Both the position numbers and the translations under genes were made by a program. From NCBI RefSeq assembly GCF_964204645.1, contig NC_134033.1:10858655-10922654 (forward strand): 64,000 nt of DNA, written 5' to 3'. The notes beneath the pieces are model-generated. The model ran no database searches. It was not told the origin of the DNA and saw nothing but the letters and a program-made list of their open reading frames with translations. Positions 62,401-64,000 of this stretch are shown one piece after another. Source of the DNA: Tubulanus polymorphus (lineage: Eukaryota > Animalia > Nemertea). How positions within the stretch are numbered: the first letter of the stretch is position 1; the number at the start of each line of letters is the position of its first letter.

Positions 62401-64000
62401 AAAATTTGCTTCATTTGTTGCATGTTAAAACCAAATTCCGAAAACCTGTCTACACCAAAAACCTTGCTAGGATTCTTATTGCCTTATTATTTTATTTAAG
62501 TTGTTCTGTGGGCCGATTTCATGGACCAGCAACTTAAATCCTAGGGTTTAAATAAATAAAACTTAAATTTTAAGTTGAAACTTTGGACTGAAATGAAATC
62601 TGGTGTATGATAGTTATTTCTGTCCCGATATGAAGTAAGTAATTTAGATTTTTGTGGTTAGAAGCGAATTTATAAATCGTCGAAGAGTTTTAGAGAATTG
62701 TGTTGTTTTTAAATCCCGGGCAAACGCTGCATAATTTCATTACTGTTGAGTTAATCTAATTCCAATCATCGTGAGAATCATTAATTTGTGAACTATGAAA
62801 TGATTTTTTCCTCAGTTATTGCCATTAATCCGGTCCAAACTGCACATATTTATTACTGCATTCTTTTCTACCAGGATCAAAAATCGATTGTCTAGGGTTT
62901 TGTTGAGGATGATTTTTTCCTGATGTTGTTTTACCCGAGAATATGACAATGTTTTTTTCCGGTTGCCAAGGCAACTTGATTTCCCGCAATTTTCAGCTTT
63001 TTTCACGTTTTTTTGCGAATATTTGCAGTCCGTGACATTACAAAAATTTTCATTCAAATTCGAATTTAAAAGAATTTTAAAAGAGTCTAAACTCAACGTT
63101 ATTTTCAAGTTTAGGTTTAGAAGTTATAGCGGTGAAACCAGAAATTTAGAATGTTTTAAGATAGAGTATTGGGGTAGAAATGATGATAATTATATATATT
63201 GTGATGCTTTCATTTTTCGAGACAGTACACGATAAAATATTTTCTCAAAAATCTGATAGTTCATTAGTGTCATATTTTCTAAAATTAAGGATTAGATTTA
63301 AAGTTAGGACTAGAAAAAGATGGAATGACTCATTTTTGTGGTATACGCGCTAATTTTGCTTAAATCTGGAGTAAGAAAATCAGTTTCTGTAATTAATTGT
63401 TTTGCTGTGAAGGTTTTTTACAGAAAGTTGGAAAAACTAAAAATATTTGGATTTTAATTTCAGGGAATTGCTAGTCGAGTTAGAAAAATAGCTGAAGGAA
63501 AACTTGTTATCTTTATATATAATAAATCCTAAATTGATAGGACATTTTTAAGAGCGACTACAGATATTGAAAATAACAGTTATTTCATCAGTTTTCATTC
63601 ATGATGCTAAAGCCTATCATTAATCTTTATTTTTAAGTCATTCCTAAACGGTTTTTTTTTCTTTATTCGTTAAAAATGCATCATTCATCATCGCCGATTG
63701 TTACTATATATCGAACGTGAGAAATTAAATGCCCTTCGTATATTCGAAAATAACTTGATTTATTTCTACCGGTTTCATTTTGGAACGAACTATCGTAATA
63801 AAGTTAGGAGCAGCGCAAACAGTGAATGAGAAAAATCTTTGATATTTATGAAATGTCAGACGAATATAGTTCAGGGGTTTATTATGTATATTTGGTGAGA
63901 TAGCAAAAAAATGAATTTCCTTCGATTAATCTTTTTTTTCAAAATTATGCACAATTGACGACTATTGTCGGACATAACAAGCGTTATTGAACGTCACTGT

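Overview
AT-rich metazoan (invertebrate; a marine lophotrochozoan is plausible but only inferred) genomic DNA with spliceosomal introns. Left half (1-33.4 kb): the 3' exons of a trypsin-type serine protease with an orphan duplicate of its last 1.4 exons 9.7 kb downstream; a small antisense secreted TSP1-domain gene; two near-identical intronless rhodopsin-class GPCRs (tandem duplication separated by a decayed full-length CR1-group LINE sitting in a CCCTAA-like array); a nested retroelement stack; and an intronless MSL2 gene. In the stack, an old RTEX-like LINE is interrupted both by a young Penelope-like element built as a 749-bp inverted repeat with a hammerhead ribozyme in each arm, and by an intact full-length CR1 element lying head-to-head with MSL2. 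Right half (33.4-64 kb): no recognisable coding exons. It holds MITEs, mini/microsatellites, a tRNA-derived SINE, several CpG-rich islands ending in splice donors (candidate alternative first exons of a gene whose CDS lies outside the window), and a compact HSE + CLEAR/E-box cluster. All coordinates, alignments and folds were done by eye.
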